Origin: Proteromonas lacertae
Lineage: Eukaryota
NCBI GenBank assembly: GCA_002245135.1
Contig: NGBS01000002.1
Span: forward strand, 372,001 to 397,688
Direction: 5' to 3'
DNA length: 25,688 bases
A program made the translations under genes and the position numbers. Of the stretch, positions 1 through 11,863 are shown one piece after another (position 1 is the stretch's first letter; the number at the start of each line of letters is the position of its first letter). The notes under the pieces were generated by a model. It searched no databases and was not told the origin of the DNA. It worked only from the letters and a program-made list of their open reading frames with translations.

Positions 1-1893
1 CTCTACGAGGAATTACCTACTTACAGTATTGATGCAATAGGTGAAGTATCCTGTTTATGTTTTCATCAAAATGATTTTGTAAGAGTTGTTGGTAATTTGA
101 AAGAAGTATTAGATCATAATAAACGTATTAATGCATTAAGATCAATTCCAATATTACAATATCTATCAGAAAGTGATTTAGAACAATTAGATGAAGCATT
201 TGAAGTTGAGAATTATGAAAATGGTTCATTTATAGTAAAACAAGGAGAAATAGGACATAAATTCTATATTATACAAAAAGGAAAATGTAAGATCACTAAA
301 GTAGTCGATGGAAAAGAGGAAATTCTCCGTACAATCAGCGACGAATCAGGTGGATATTTTGGAGAATTAGCATTACTTCATGATGATACAAGAACTGCCA
401 ATGTTATTGCTACAGATGGTAAAGTATCATGTTTTGTATTGAATCGTAAATCATTTGATCGATTATTAGGTTCTATGAGAGATATTATGAGCCAGCATTC
501 AGTTATGAGGACACTACAATCAGTATCTTTATTCCAAACACTTACTATAAAAGAATTAGAAGTAATGGCACAAGCATTTAGAATAAGACATTATAATAGA
601 AATGAATATATTATGAAACAAGATTCTCCTTCTAGGGAGTTTTATATAATTAGTGAAGGTACAGTTGCATTAACTAAAGTAGAAAATGTAAATAATAAAG
701 AAACTGTAAAGAGTGTTGGTCAATTAACAAGTGGAGATTATATTGGTGAAGTTGGTTTAATATCCAATGAAATTAGAGATACGAATGCAGTCGCAGAGAC
801 AGAAGTGGAAGTATTTGTATTAGATGCTAAAGATTTCAGTACACTTTGTGCTCCAATGGTTACTAAACTAGAAGAATGTTTAGCTGAAAGTAAGAATGCA
901 AATTCAAAGGTTCACATTGACAGACAGAATTATATTAAATCCACCACACTGAATGACTTTGATACTATTGCACTACTAGGTACAGGTGTATTAGGTAGAG
1001 TAACACTAGTTAAATTAAAGAAAACAGGGGAAGTATTTGGATTAAAAGCAATGTCAAAAGTAGCAATTGTGTCAAAGAAACAACAGAAAGCAGTAACCAA
1101 TGAAAAGAAGATATTATTAGCTCTAAATCATCCATTTATATTGAAATTATATAGAACCTATCAAGACAGAGATAGAATCTTTCTACTAATGGAATATGTT
1201 CAAGGTGGTGAACTTTATGGTTTATTAAGGAAATCTAATAAACATCGATTAAGAAGTAGTAAAGCAAGATTTTATGCTGCCTCTGTAATATTAGCATTGG
1301 AATATATTCATAGCAGGAAATTGGTACATAGAGATTTAAAACCTGAAAATATATTGATTGATAGTAAAGGCTTTATTAAATTAATCGATTTTGGTTTTGC
1401 TAAAGAAATCAAAGATAAGACTTATACATTATGTGGTACACCTGATTATCTTGCTCCTGAGGTTATTCTAGGTAGAGGTTATAATAAAAGCTGTGATTAT
1501 TGGTCAGTTGGTATTTTGATCTTTGAAATGTTATGCGGTCGTCCACCATTTAGAGCATCACAAGATGATAAATTATTCCAAAAAATTACTGAAGGAAACT
1601 ACGAATTTCCACCGAAATTTAGTGATTTTGGAGCTAAAGATATAATACAGAAATTTTTAGTGTTAGAACCACAACACAGAATAGGATGTTTAAAGAGAGG
1701 TATTAGAGATATTAAAGATCACGTTTGGTTCAATGGATTAGATTGGAAGTCGTTGTATCGTAGGAAGATTGAAGTACCATGGGTTCCACAAGTGAAAAGT
1801 GATTGTGATTATACAAATTTTGGTTGTAACGATCCTGAAGAACCAATACCAAAATATGTAGATGATGGAACTGGTTGGGATAAAGATTTTTAG
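1..1893 (+). CDS. PKG: cGMP-dependent protein kinase (PKG), 5'-partial; at least 3 cyclic-nucleotide-binding domains plus AGC kinase domain
   Basis: The frame is open from base 1 (LYEELPTYSIDAIGEVSCLCFHQNDFVRVVG, the tail of a further CNB domain). CNB cassettes: FGELALLHDDTRTANV and IGEVGLISNEIRDTNA. Kinase motifs: HRDLKPEN, DFG, TLCGTPDYLAPE. It ends in the PKG-type WDKDF with TAG at 1891-1893. Confidence 0.92.
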   Translation, partial: LYEELPTYSIDAIGEVSCLCFHQNDFVRVVGNLKEVLDHNKRINALRSIPILQYLSESDLEQLDEAFEVENYENGSFIVKQGEIGHKFYIIQKGKCKITKVVDGKEEILRTISDESGGYFGELALLHDDTRTANVIATDGKVSCFVLNRKSFDRLLGSMRDIMSQHSVMRTLQSVSLFQTLTIKELEVMAQAFRIRHYNRNEYIMKQDSPSREFYIISEGTVALTKVENVNNKETVKSVGQLTSGDYIGEVGLISNEIRDTNAVAETEVEVFVLDAKDFSTLCAPMVTKLEECLAESKNANSKVHIDRQNYIKSTTLNDFDTIALLGTGVLGRVTLVKLKKTGEVFGLKAMSKVAIVSKKQQKAVTNEKKILLALNHPFILKLYRTYQDRDRIFLLMEYVQGGELYGLLRKSNKHRLRSSKARFYAASVILALEYIHSRKLVHRDLKPENILIDSKGFIKLIDFGFAKEIKDKTYTLCGTPDYLAPEVILGRGYNKSCDYWSVGILIFEMLCGRPPFRASQDDKLFQKITEGNYEFPPKFSDFGAKDIIQKFLVLEPQHRIGCLKRGIRDIKDHVWFNGLDWKSLYRRKIEVPWVPQVKSDCDYTNFGCNDPEEPIPKYVDDGTGWDKDF

Positions 1894-2091
1894 ATAGTTT
1901 TAAATTCACTTGTAATCTTTTTAGAGGATATATTTATATTATTATCATGGTTGTTTTTTTGATTAGAAAAACAAAACACGTGTATGTTTGATTACTGTTT
2001 GAAGTTTATTGTTTTAAAATCTATTGCTACAACTGTTATAGTCACACATTTATAATATACAAAAATCCTTTACCAATAAAATATCCTTAAT

Positions 2092-2709
2092 ATGTACAAA
2101 AATGATGAAAATAGCGGTGATGAGCAAAAAACATCTCAACAATTAGATAGTAGTGAACAAAGTACATCTGTACACCCACCTTCTCCTCAGCTTCAATCAC
2201 AACCATTACCACAATGCCCTACTAATACAAATCTAGATCCAATACCTATTCAACTGCCAGAATATCCTTCTAATCCTTCTTCAAGTCCAAAAAGGAGTAG
2301 CAAAACACAATTGAGTGGAAACCTTAACCTTAATGTCAAACCACCTCCAATTATTCCTCCATATGTTTATGCATCTCATAAACCAGGTTGTCAAGTCCCA
2401 CTTGGTAAAGCTCTACCTAATTTTCATGATCTTGCAGGAATTGATAAACCAAAAATTGAACCAAACACAGACGTTGTTTTAACTACAGGTCCAGTGCTGT
2501 TAGATTTGTCAATTCCAGAAAGTCCTCCACCTCAACCTGTTAAAATTGAAGTAAAAGAACCACCTATTATCCCATCTTATGTTTTTGCTGCTCACAATAT
2601 GTATCCACTAAAACCAGTTCCTCAGACACCTGCATTGCCTAATTTCCATGAATTGGCAAAACAACAACAACTCAAAGAACAACAATTACAAAAACAAAAT
2701 TCTAACTAA
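2092..2709 (+). CDS. Pro/Ser/Gln-rich hypothetical protein (205 aa) with an internally duplicated motif
   Basis: Intronless ATG..TAA ORF, more C-rich than its flanks. It contains two copies of PPIIPxYVxAxH...ALPNFHxLA. Confidence 0.75.
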   Translation: MYKNDENSGDEQKTSQQLDSSEQSTSVHPPSPQLQSQPLPQCPTNTNLDPIPIQLPEYPSNPSSSPKRSSKTQLSGNLNLNVKPPPIIPPYVYASHKPGCQVPLGKALPNFHDLAGIDKPKIEPNTDVVLTTGPVLLDLSIPESPPPQPVKIEVKEPPIIPSYVFAAHNMYPLKPVPQTPALPNFHELAKQQQLKEQQLQKQNSN

Positions 2710-2817
2710 TTTGTTATGTTTAATTTTTTTAATTGTTTATGTTAAATTTAAAAATAAATAAAAACTACACATTCACAATCAATAATAACAATAATAATAT
2801 ATATATAATAATTTAAA

Positions 2818-3584
2818 TTACTTCTTCTTCTTACCTCCCTTCTTTCCTTTCTTTTTAGGTTTTAGTAATGCTAATTTTTCTTTTAAAAATGGATTCTGTC
2901 TTAATCCAGAGCCAGGAATTGGCAAATTACTAGCACATTCACTAGCAACCTTATCTTGTGGAGTAACCAATACATTATTCAAATCTATTGGTGCTTTCAT
3001 ACCAATAGTCTCAAATGCTCGTTGTACATCAGCCACTTCACCTAATTGTGCTTGTCTTGAGATTATTGGCACTGTTCTAGGCCTTTGTGCATATTGTTGT
3101 CTGTTTCTTACATTTGTTAAATTTGCTTGTGTTAATGACTGTCTTTCAGGAGATGGAGCTTCAAATGTTGATGTTGTATTTGGTCTTTTGGGAGGTATAA
3201 ATACGACTCCTGCTGTATTCCTTGCTGCTAATGGACTTCTTGATACTAATGCAGGATAACCTCCTGGAGATAGTAATCTATTACATTATTAATATTAAAG
3301 ATTTTAAATACGAAAAACGAGATCCATTTGGAGGAATTGAAGATGGAGAGCCAGGCGACTAAAATTAGTAATTTATCAATTATACGAAGTAAGGCTTGGG
3401 AATAGAAATTCTTGCCCATGATTCTTCTGAAGAAGGTTTCTTCCATGACATATTCTTCAATTCATCGTTTTTTGGCCATTCATTAACAGGAGAAGCAGCA
3501 GCTATTGGTGGTAATGAAGAAGTACCTAAATCAGTATATGCATGGATAAATACTTTCTGGCTGTGCTTGATTATCAGCCATCAT
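2818..3584 (-). CDS. Hypothetical protein (~225 aa, 4 exons) with Lys-rich C-terminal tail
   Basis: Manual splicing with ATG at 3584 and GT..AG introns 3526-3553 (28 nt), 3359-3385 (27 nt) and 3278-3311 (34 nt) gives a continuous frame MMADNQAQPESTSSLPPIAAASPVNEWPK...SWARISIPKPYFSPGSP...RPRTVPII. This joins the 2818-3072 ORF ending KKKGKKGGKKKK*. Confidence 0.8.
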
Positions 3585-3970
3585 ATTTTACCAACACTAT
3601 ATTTTGTATATAAATATTATAATTAATAAAAAACAAAATAAAAAACGATTATAGCTTGAATGGCTTGTTAAAAAGCTTGTAGGCTTGAAAACAAAAATAA
3701 AAATTTCAAACGATATATAGTTTATTATGTAATTCATTTGATGTTATTAGATGCTTATGGCTTGAAAAAGGAAGATGATAATGTTATAATCATCAATGAA
3801 GAAAATTTAAAAATTCACGTTTTAATAACTTCAATAATTATATATTCATCAATATTCTATGTTTTACATGTAACATCGCAAAACTCACACACAGAAGAGA
3901 AGAATTTCTTATGTAAATTCAAAAATGCTAAACTGAAATAAAACGACTTTATTTTGACTTATAAAATAGA

Positions 3971-4514
3971 ATGAGCGTTTTATATCCCTCTGTGTCAACT
4001 TCTTCTCCTAAGTTTTTTCAAAAAATGGAAGGAATCTATACAGGCAATCTCAACGAATCACCTGTAAGCACAGCGAGTTACATCTCCACAGTTTCTTCAA
4101 CTGAGAAGTTTTTCTTACCGCAACAAGTTTTGGTAGAGAAAAAATTACCTTACGAAGAATCGGATATAGATATAAAGAAACGTTTCACAGTTGAATTGGA
4201 ATTTGTTCAAATGCTCTCTAATCCGTTTTATTTAGAATGTTTATTTAACTATTTGATTTTATAGGGCTTTCTGGTCAGAATTATTTCGAGCAAAAGTCAT
4301 TTCTCAATTATTTAGAGTATCTTTTGTATTGGAAGAGACCTGAATATGCTAGATTCATTTCGTATGAGTATTATTAGTCATATATAGTTTTCCACATTGC
4401 TTGCCGATATTAGATCTTTTACAAAATCAACAATTTCGTAAGCAGTTGAAAGATCCTCGATTTATAAAATTTTTAGAGAGAAAACAGTTAGATTTAAAAC
4501 CTACCTACATGTGA
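3971..4514 (+). CDS. MED31: Mediator subunit MED31/SOH1 (3 exons)
   Basis: Introns 4239-4264 and 4362-4387 (26 nt each). The spliced product reads RFTVELEFVQMLSNPFYLEWLSGQNYF...[38 protein letters not shown], the SOH1/MED31 signature. TGA at 4512-4514. Confidence 0.95.
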
Positions 4515-4672
4515 CTTGTTTTTCGTGTAAAATGTAAATACATGTTTTATTATTTATAATATTCACATATTTATAAATCTGTTTTTTTTTAGTTGTAAGT
4601 AACAAGAAAATATTTTAAAAATCTCAAATTACATTTCAACATTAAATTATTAATTATCATTTATACAATAAA

Positions 4673-7600
4673 TTAAAATCTAAATTCACGAATCTTTCTG
4701 TAAATGTCATTAAACAATGTTTCTAATTCATAATATAAAATAAATAAATATACTAAAGTTGGAGAAATCTAAAGTATTTTTATATAATTTCTTAAATTCT
4801 GATATTTCATCATTATCATAATCAGTAACAAGACTTTTATATACTTCATATATCAAATCATCATGAAATGAAGAACATAATGAATTATGTTGTATAATTA
4901 CTTTATTTCTATCAACTGTTGCTGTTTTTTCACTTAAGTTACCAAATGAAGTAAAATCTCTTGTTGTTATTATAAATTTTGTCTTTTTATATTCTTTATT
5001 TAATCTGTTATACAATTCTTCATTATTTTCACTTTCTACATGAATTAAACACATTATTTTACTTGCATTTTCTAAATCATTTATTAGAATTGGTTTTATT
5101 TCTTCTAATCGTTTCTTCTGTAATAACATTTGGTCTTTTATAAACTTCATTATTTCATTCACATTTTTATAACCTTCTAAGGATATATAAAATGTCACAT
5201 GATTTGTCAATATTAATTCTCTTGTTTCAATATAATGTAAAACACCTAAAGCAAATAAAGACTTTCCAGTTCCTTCTTTTCCATGAATTAATGTGATTCT
5301 TGGAATTATTATTTGATTCTTATCATAAGAAAAACTATTATAGATTTTTAATAATCTTTTTATTCTATATCCTTGACCTACAAATATTTTCGGTAGTTTA
5401 GGTAATAAGAATATTGGCTCTTCGATTGTAAATGTATGTTTCACAATGGGATAAAACAAAATTTCTTCATGATTTCCATTTATTGGACTTAATATAAAAG
5501 GAGGTTTGTTATTTTCTAATTCATAAATTGAAACAGAATTACAAGCTAATTTATAAGCATTATATACTGTATAACCACGAAATAACGCTTGATAAAATGC
5601 ATGAGAAAATTCAATACAAACAGAATCGCTTATTCTTGTTGCATATTCTTTATTACATGAGATTATGTGAGGAATTTTCTTTTCTAATAATTGATTCAAT
5701 ATTGTTTCGTTATAACAGGCATTTAAATATACTAATCTTAAATTATATGTATTTTCAGGATAAATATAGTTGATAAAATCTTTACTGTTTCTTTTTATTT
5801 CTCCTCCATTACAATCTTCAAGAATAAATACAGAATCTTTTATTCCGACATGACCAGCATAATGGAATATTTGAGGATGATAACATGGAGTAATACGACT
5901 TTCATTTCCATAAACTATATTCAGTTTTATATTACATGTTGATTTATTTAATGTATTTATTATTGAATCTTTTTCATCTTCTATTCTTAAATATTTACTT
6001 TCCAATGGTAAACTCATAAACAATATCATATCAGGATTACGATCATCATCACCTTCATTTGCATTCAAATATTCTATTGGACTTTTTCGCTCATTTTCAC
6101 TTTCTGAATTACTCATTTTATAACTTTTAAAATCATTTTCATCTATTTTTAAATTAAACACAAAAGTGTCCCAATCATTACAATAAGTATCAACTAACAA
6201 ATGAAGAAGATGACTTCTATCTTTACTTTCTATTAATGCTTCTGTTATTTCTGTGAAATATGGTGTTAAATCAAATTCATTTTCAGATATATCAAATGTA
6301 ACTAATGATGTATTTGATTTAAATAATTCTATTAATGATCGAATAAATAATGGCAATCTATCTCCTTCTTTATTCATTTTATCCATTTTTGATTCATTAT
6401 CTTCTATTCTCAGATGATTCTCAGATAAATTAAATACTATTAACACACAACCAGAAACTGAAATAGCTTTTAACAACTTAATCACATTTGACATTGATAT
6501 ATTGTTGTTATTAAGATGTAACATTCTTAAATAACTGATATATGATCTAGTCATACATGATAAATCCAGATGTGATGGTTTTTTATCTATTCCTTGTAAG
6601 ACTTCAGCAGTTGGTGATATTGGAGAATTAGATGAAGGTGGTGAAGAATCATTTGTCTCTAATGCAGGAGGAGTTGTATCAATATCAGCATCATTAAAAC
6701 TAAGAGGTATAGGGGTTTTAGGAGTATCAGGTAAATCAATTGCTTCATTACTATGATCTGAAATAGAATTATGCTTTACCACATCAATATTTATTGCAGG
6801 AGATAATAATGAACTACTAGAATGTCTATTATGACGGAATGTAGATGATAAATTAGAAATAGAACCGCTTGAATGTCTACTTCTATTACTAAATGTAGTT
6901 GTTGGAGTTGGAGTAAACATTGAGTATGAAAATGAAGGTGATCTAATTCTATTTATCATATCACTATTTGTATCAATACTGTTAATTCTATCACAATCTA
7001 AATTAGAACACAGTATTTCAGTCATTCTATCTCCTACATTGATATTGTTATTCAGAAAAATCGAATGATTCTACAGATGAATTATTCTTCAAGACAGATA
7101 ATATCTCAAATACATCTTCATCAGTTAAATCGTTCTTCTGTAAATCATACCATTTTACACCATAACTGTCATATCTAAATAACTCCAAAAGCAATTGATT
7201 ACCACAGTTCATTTCATTCTTTAATAAATATCTATGTAAATTACAATCAATTAGTCCTATTCCAATAAAAGGTATTGTAAATCTTCTTTTATAATTCAAA
7301 CTAAAAACTGATTCTATTTCATCAATTGATGGTAATGAATAAAGTATTATTGATGTAATAGACTTTGGTAATCTATTTAAGAAAGAAAAGTATAAACCAT
7401 AAAAGTAAGATTCATCTTTTTGCATTCTCAATTCTAAAGAAACAACTCTTTTATGGTCATTCAACCAGTTTGCTATTGCTCTTCCACTATCTGATGATAA
7501 TCTTAACTGTGGAATTGATAATACAAAGTAATGATTTTTTTCTGAATACTTATCACATAATGAATTTAAAACAAAACTATGAATAGTTTCACAATAATTA

Positions 7601-10600
7601 CTAATACTAGGAAGATAGATTTTTAATAATTTATTAGGTAAATAATAATTCTTTTGATCTGTATTATACACAAACTGTAATGAAGAATTGAATAACCTCA
7701 TAAATTCATTTAACATATATTTTGGTGCAATACCATATACACAATTATTATCATTTTCAGTAAAGACTTCATCATTTTCTACTTTGGAATAATCATCATC
7801 AGCTACATAAAACTGTTCATATATTACAGTTTCATCTGAATTACTACTAACAATATACTTTGGTATTGTTACATTATTCAAAGACTTACTAAGAGATTGA
7901 TAATATGATTTATCTTTTAAATTTTCAATATAATCATCTTTTATCTTATCCTTTTTCATTTCAAATGATTCAATTTTTGATATATCAGCATTCGTTCTTG
8001 GAGATATGCTATTTGAAGATTGAATTGATGATGTTCGCTTTGTATTATTCATTGTTTCATCTTTATTTAATATGAAATAATAGTTGTAGTACTCAAATAA
8101 TTTGTGTTGAGCTAATAATGAATGATCCATAATGATGAAATTCCATAATATGTGATAATCAGTAGTAAGTATTCTCTCACAGAGTGGTTCAGATAATGAT
8201 GATAAGTCATGTATAAATCTAATAATACGATCTTTCTGCATTTGATTAAATCTTTTGTAATTACTAACTAATCTTGGCAATAATTTACCAACTGTATATG
8301 TGTAATATTTGAAATTTAAAATAAATAATTCACATAATTTCAATATTGGAATACACAAGTTGGGATAATTGTCTAAATTGAGGATTATGGAGTATATAAA
8401 CATCGATATTACTTTGGAATCATATCGACGATATAATACAGAAAATAGATATTTATTATTCAACATTGTATTATTCTCAGCAGATAGTAATGATATTTCT
8501 TCATTTTCTTGGATTAGATTTGTTATAAAACTAATGATTGATTTTACTAAGGATTCTTCTTCACTTTCATCTAATAGTAGTTGAATTGTTTCTAAATTGA
8601 TCTTTTCACTTAATAGCTTTCGAAATTCACGATGAGATGAATAATGACTTAATATCAAAAAGATATATACATCATATAGTAAATAACTATCTTCATTCTT
8701 AAACATTTCACACAACTTTAACATTATATTCTTATTATTCATTTTGTTACTGTTATATTTTGTAAAATTACATAAACTGTATAACACTAAACACAATAAC
8801 AATTTCCAATTACTTTGTAAATCTCTGTGGATCATTTTCAAGTACATTTCATCATATTTGTGATTGTCTTTATATTCTATTAATAACGGACTTAGTAATG
8901 AATAGATATGAACTTTTATCTTCATATAATTCAAATGATTATCTTTTAATAATTCCATCAAACTTTCATATTGACATTTGATTATTTCGATATTATTTTC
9001 ATTCGAAAATGACATATAATTTAATATACATAATATCACATAGATTGAATCAATTATTGGATTATTATGTTTTAAATAAATATATAATTTGGATTTTTGT
9101 CTTTTGTCACATCTTCCAATATAATTTATAAATTCTTTTATTAATTCTTCTTTGTATCTTATTAATTCATTCGATATTAATGACGTTGTTGAAGGTATTC
9201 TTGGTGATACAATTTCATTATATGATATGGACAGTGACGATGATGGTGATGGTAATACTAATAATGGTGAATTATTCAATGATAAACCATTATTCTCTTC
9301 TACTTCATTTCTTTCTCTTAAGGATCTTTCATCATCATATATAATTGGACAATCTATTGGATCAATCTTGATTTTAGCTTTCTTTATTATATTTCCATAT
9401 CGAATCTCTTTAGCATTTAATATACTTTTTATACACAACAAACCATTTCGTTCTATCTCGTATTTTTTACTCTTTAAACATTTATATATTATTACTAACA
9501 TCTTATCTATTTCCAATGAAGAAAATGATTCAAACAACTTATGACAAAAGAAATATGTAAGAATTGATAATCGATATAATAGTTTATCTTCAAATTCACA
9601 GGTTTTTATCTCTATTACATTGTTTATATATTTATTCAACAGTATATTGTAGGATTTAACCAATAAACTATAATTAGCTGCTGGTTGAGGTAGAAAGGAA
9701 CAAAGAGCACTGAAAGATCTTATTATATCAATTATTATATCACTGTTCGTTTCATTACTTACATAATAATCTATCAAATTTAGCAATTCTCTTAAATAGG
9801 ATGATAAATATCGAATATGAGTTTGATTACAATGTTTCAGAGTTTTTAATAAGCTTATTTTGATTTTTTCTTGGTAAATTGGATCAATTTTATCACTCTT
9901 AGGTAAGATTAGTCCAATTATATTCTGTTTTATAAACTCTTCTCGAATTACACTATAATCCAATAATTCATTTATCTCATCTAAATGATCTTTATTCAAT
10001 TTCTTCAACTTGGGATATACCCAGGATAGATTCTATTATATAAGAATAAATGCAAATATATATATACATATTTACTTAAAGCAGTTGTTATATTATCTCT
10101 TATATATTTATTAGCAACATAAACTAAATCATACAATTCATTAAATATTATATATAATGTATGATTTCGATTCTTATAAGGTATTATACTTGAATCATTA
10201 TTTATCATATTATCATATTTATAACTTGTATTCTCTATATTCTTCATATTCACCATCTTCTTCTTCAAATCTTCTAATTGTTCGATTATTTGATCTATTG
10301 TCAATTTTTCAATGTTGTTATTACTCGTTCTTCTACTCAGTTTGGTTGTTCTATTAAATTTATCATAGTATTTATAAGCTTTTAGATTCTTATTTATATC
10401 AATATCTAATAATGGACTTTCTATATTACTTAACATTTCACAGTACTTTCGAATCTCAGAACGAATCTCTTTATTACTTAAACTCATTTTTCTTTGGTAT
10501 TTATCTAATAAATAACATATTGTATTGGATAGACTTTTTATTAGTTTTAATGGACTTATTTTATTCAATGGATATTGGTTATTCACCAAATAAATATTTC

Positions 10601-11823
10601 GTAGTTTGTTGTTATACACAAATGGTTTGTCTCCAAAATTGGTATGAAATTTTATTGAATTGGTGCTTGTATAAATCACTGGATAATATTCAGTTGTATA
10701 ATAATGTTTATAATCACGAATTTCTATTTTATTATCTTCATTATTATCAATTATATAAAACAGCTTTTGACTGATTGGATTTATTCCACAACCTATTGTA
10801 TTACCTGCTACACACTCCGTTTCATCAAATGTTAATAATCCTAAATCTCTTAAGATTGTTTCATCACTTATTTCTAATGAAAATTGATTTGGATCAGGTA
10901 AAAAACCACAAATTATATTACTATCTTTATCACATTTTAATATACTTATCTCAAAATAAAATGAAGGATAATTATTCCATTCTTTAGATAGATTTTGAAG
11001 TAGATTTAATTTCGATTCACATGATTTACGAGATGGAACTGCTGCTGGACATGATAAAGATCTCGATAAAGATTGTACTGATTGAGATGAATCAAAGGCT
11101 TCTGCTCTACTTTTCTTTTGAAATGTAAATGTTATTGGTCTTTCCATATTATATAACACTTCATTGATATTGGGTATATAATTCAATCTTATATCATTCA
11201 CTTGAATCAATCTATCACCTATTTCCATTAATATTGAACATTCATATTCTAATATAAACTCTTTCTCTTCTAATCCTATTTCACTTATACTATAATAATA
11301 ATATTCATCTTCTTCTTTTGTGTTGTTTCTTTTTAGTTTGAATGGAATTATTCCTTTTCCTATTGTTACTCTGTATGTGTTTTGCAATTCAGATGGAGTA
11401 CGAGGTGATTTAGCATTTATATTCACATTCATACACTTTTGAGTCATTATCCTTTTATTCTCAAAACAGTTGGAAATACAGTATTTACATAACAGCGTTG
11501 GTTTGTTTATTTCATTGGGAATAAAAAGTGGCTCTATATCTACTGTGTTGTATGCTGTTAGTGGATCGTGACATCTTTGGCAGATTTCTAACTTATTAAA
11601 TATAAACTATATACTTATTACAGAAGTAAATGGTTCTAGTCTTGTACTACGTTTATCACTATAACAAAGGTGAGGAATTGCACTGTTGGCATAAACTAAA
11701 CTCATTCTGTTCAGAATTCTACAATTATTACAAATAATAAATATACGGATTAGTTAGCACTGTTAATCCATCGTCACTGAGAGTGATATCTTCATGATTA
11801 CACCAACGATAGTGACGATCCAT
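4673..11823 (-). CDS. ~2,340-aa multidomain protein: split SPRY/Zn-finger-like/PDZ-like, ARM/HEAT-like, LRR, CHAT caspase-like protease, STAND-like P-loop NTPase (copy 1; one apparent 1-bp frameshift at ~7053)
   Basis: ATG at 11823, introns 11719-11746, 11588-11614, 10033-10067 and 4723-4753, TAA at 4673-4675. Removing the extra base at 7053 (absent in copy 2) gives 7029 coding nt. Motifs: HYAGH (5850-5864), LNAC (5715-5726), GKEGTGKS (5259-5282), KFIITTR, LRRs (YDLQKNDLTD, LHLNNNNIS, FNLSENHL, FDISENEF) and SPRY (FYFEISIL, GNTIGCGIN, YYPVI, TNFGDKPF). Confidence 0.82.
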
Positions 11824-11835
11824 TTGATTTAATAA

Positions 11836-11863
11836 AATCTGGGGATTTCTAACTTTTCGCACC
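11836..11863 (-). promoter_or_regulatory. Candidate upstream motif GGTGCGAAAA-N-CCCCA (mirror of 17911-17938)
   Basis: Starts 40 nt upstream of the ATG at 11823. A 24/28-identical independent copy lies at 15959-15986. Confidence 0.4.

Noticed and set aside
3246..3941. ORFs 3246-3446, 3396-3626 and 3738-3941
   Set aside because: The first two are wrong-frame or antisense readings of the spliced 2818-3584 gene. The third is a TTG-start ORF in intergenic DNA with no motif.
5528..10987. Short antisense ORFs over the large gene (5528, 7365, 8369, 9152, 10157, 10412, 10775) and their mirrors
   Set aside because: Shadow ORFs of an AT-rich coding strand, rich in L/F/Y/I with no motifs. They recur only because of the palindrome.
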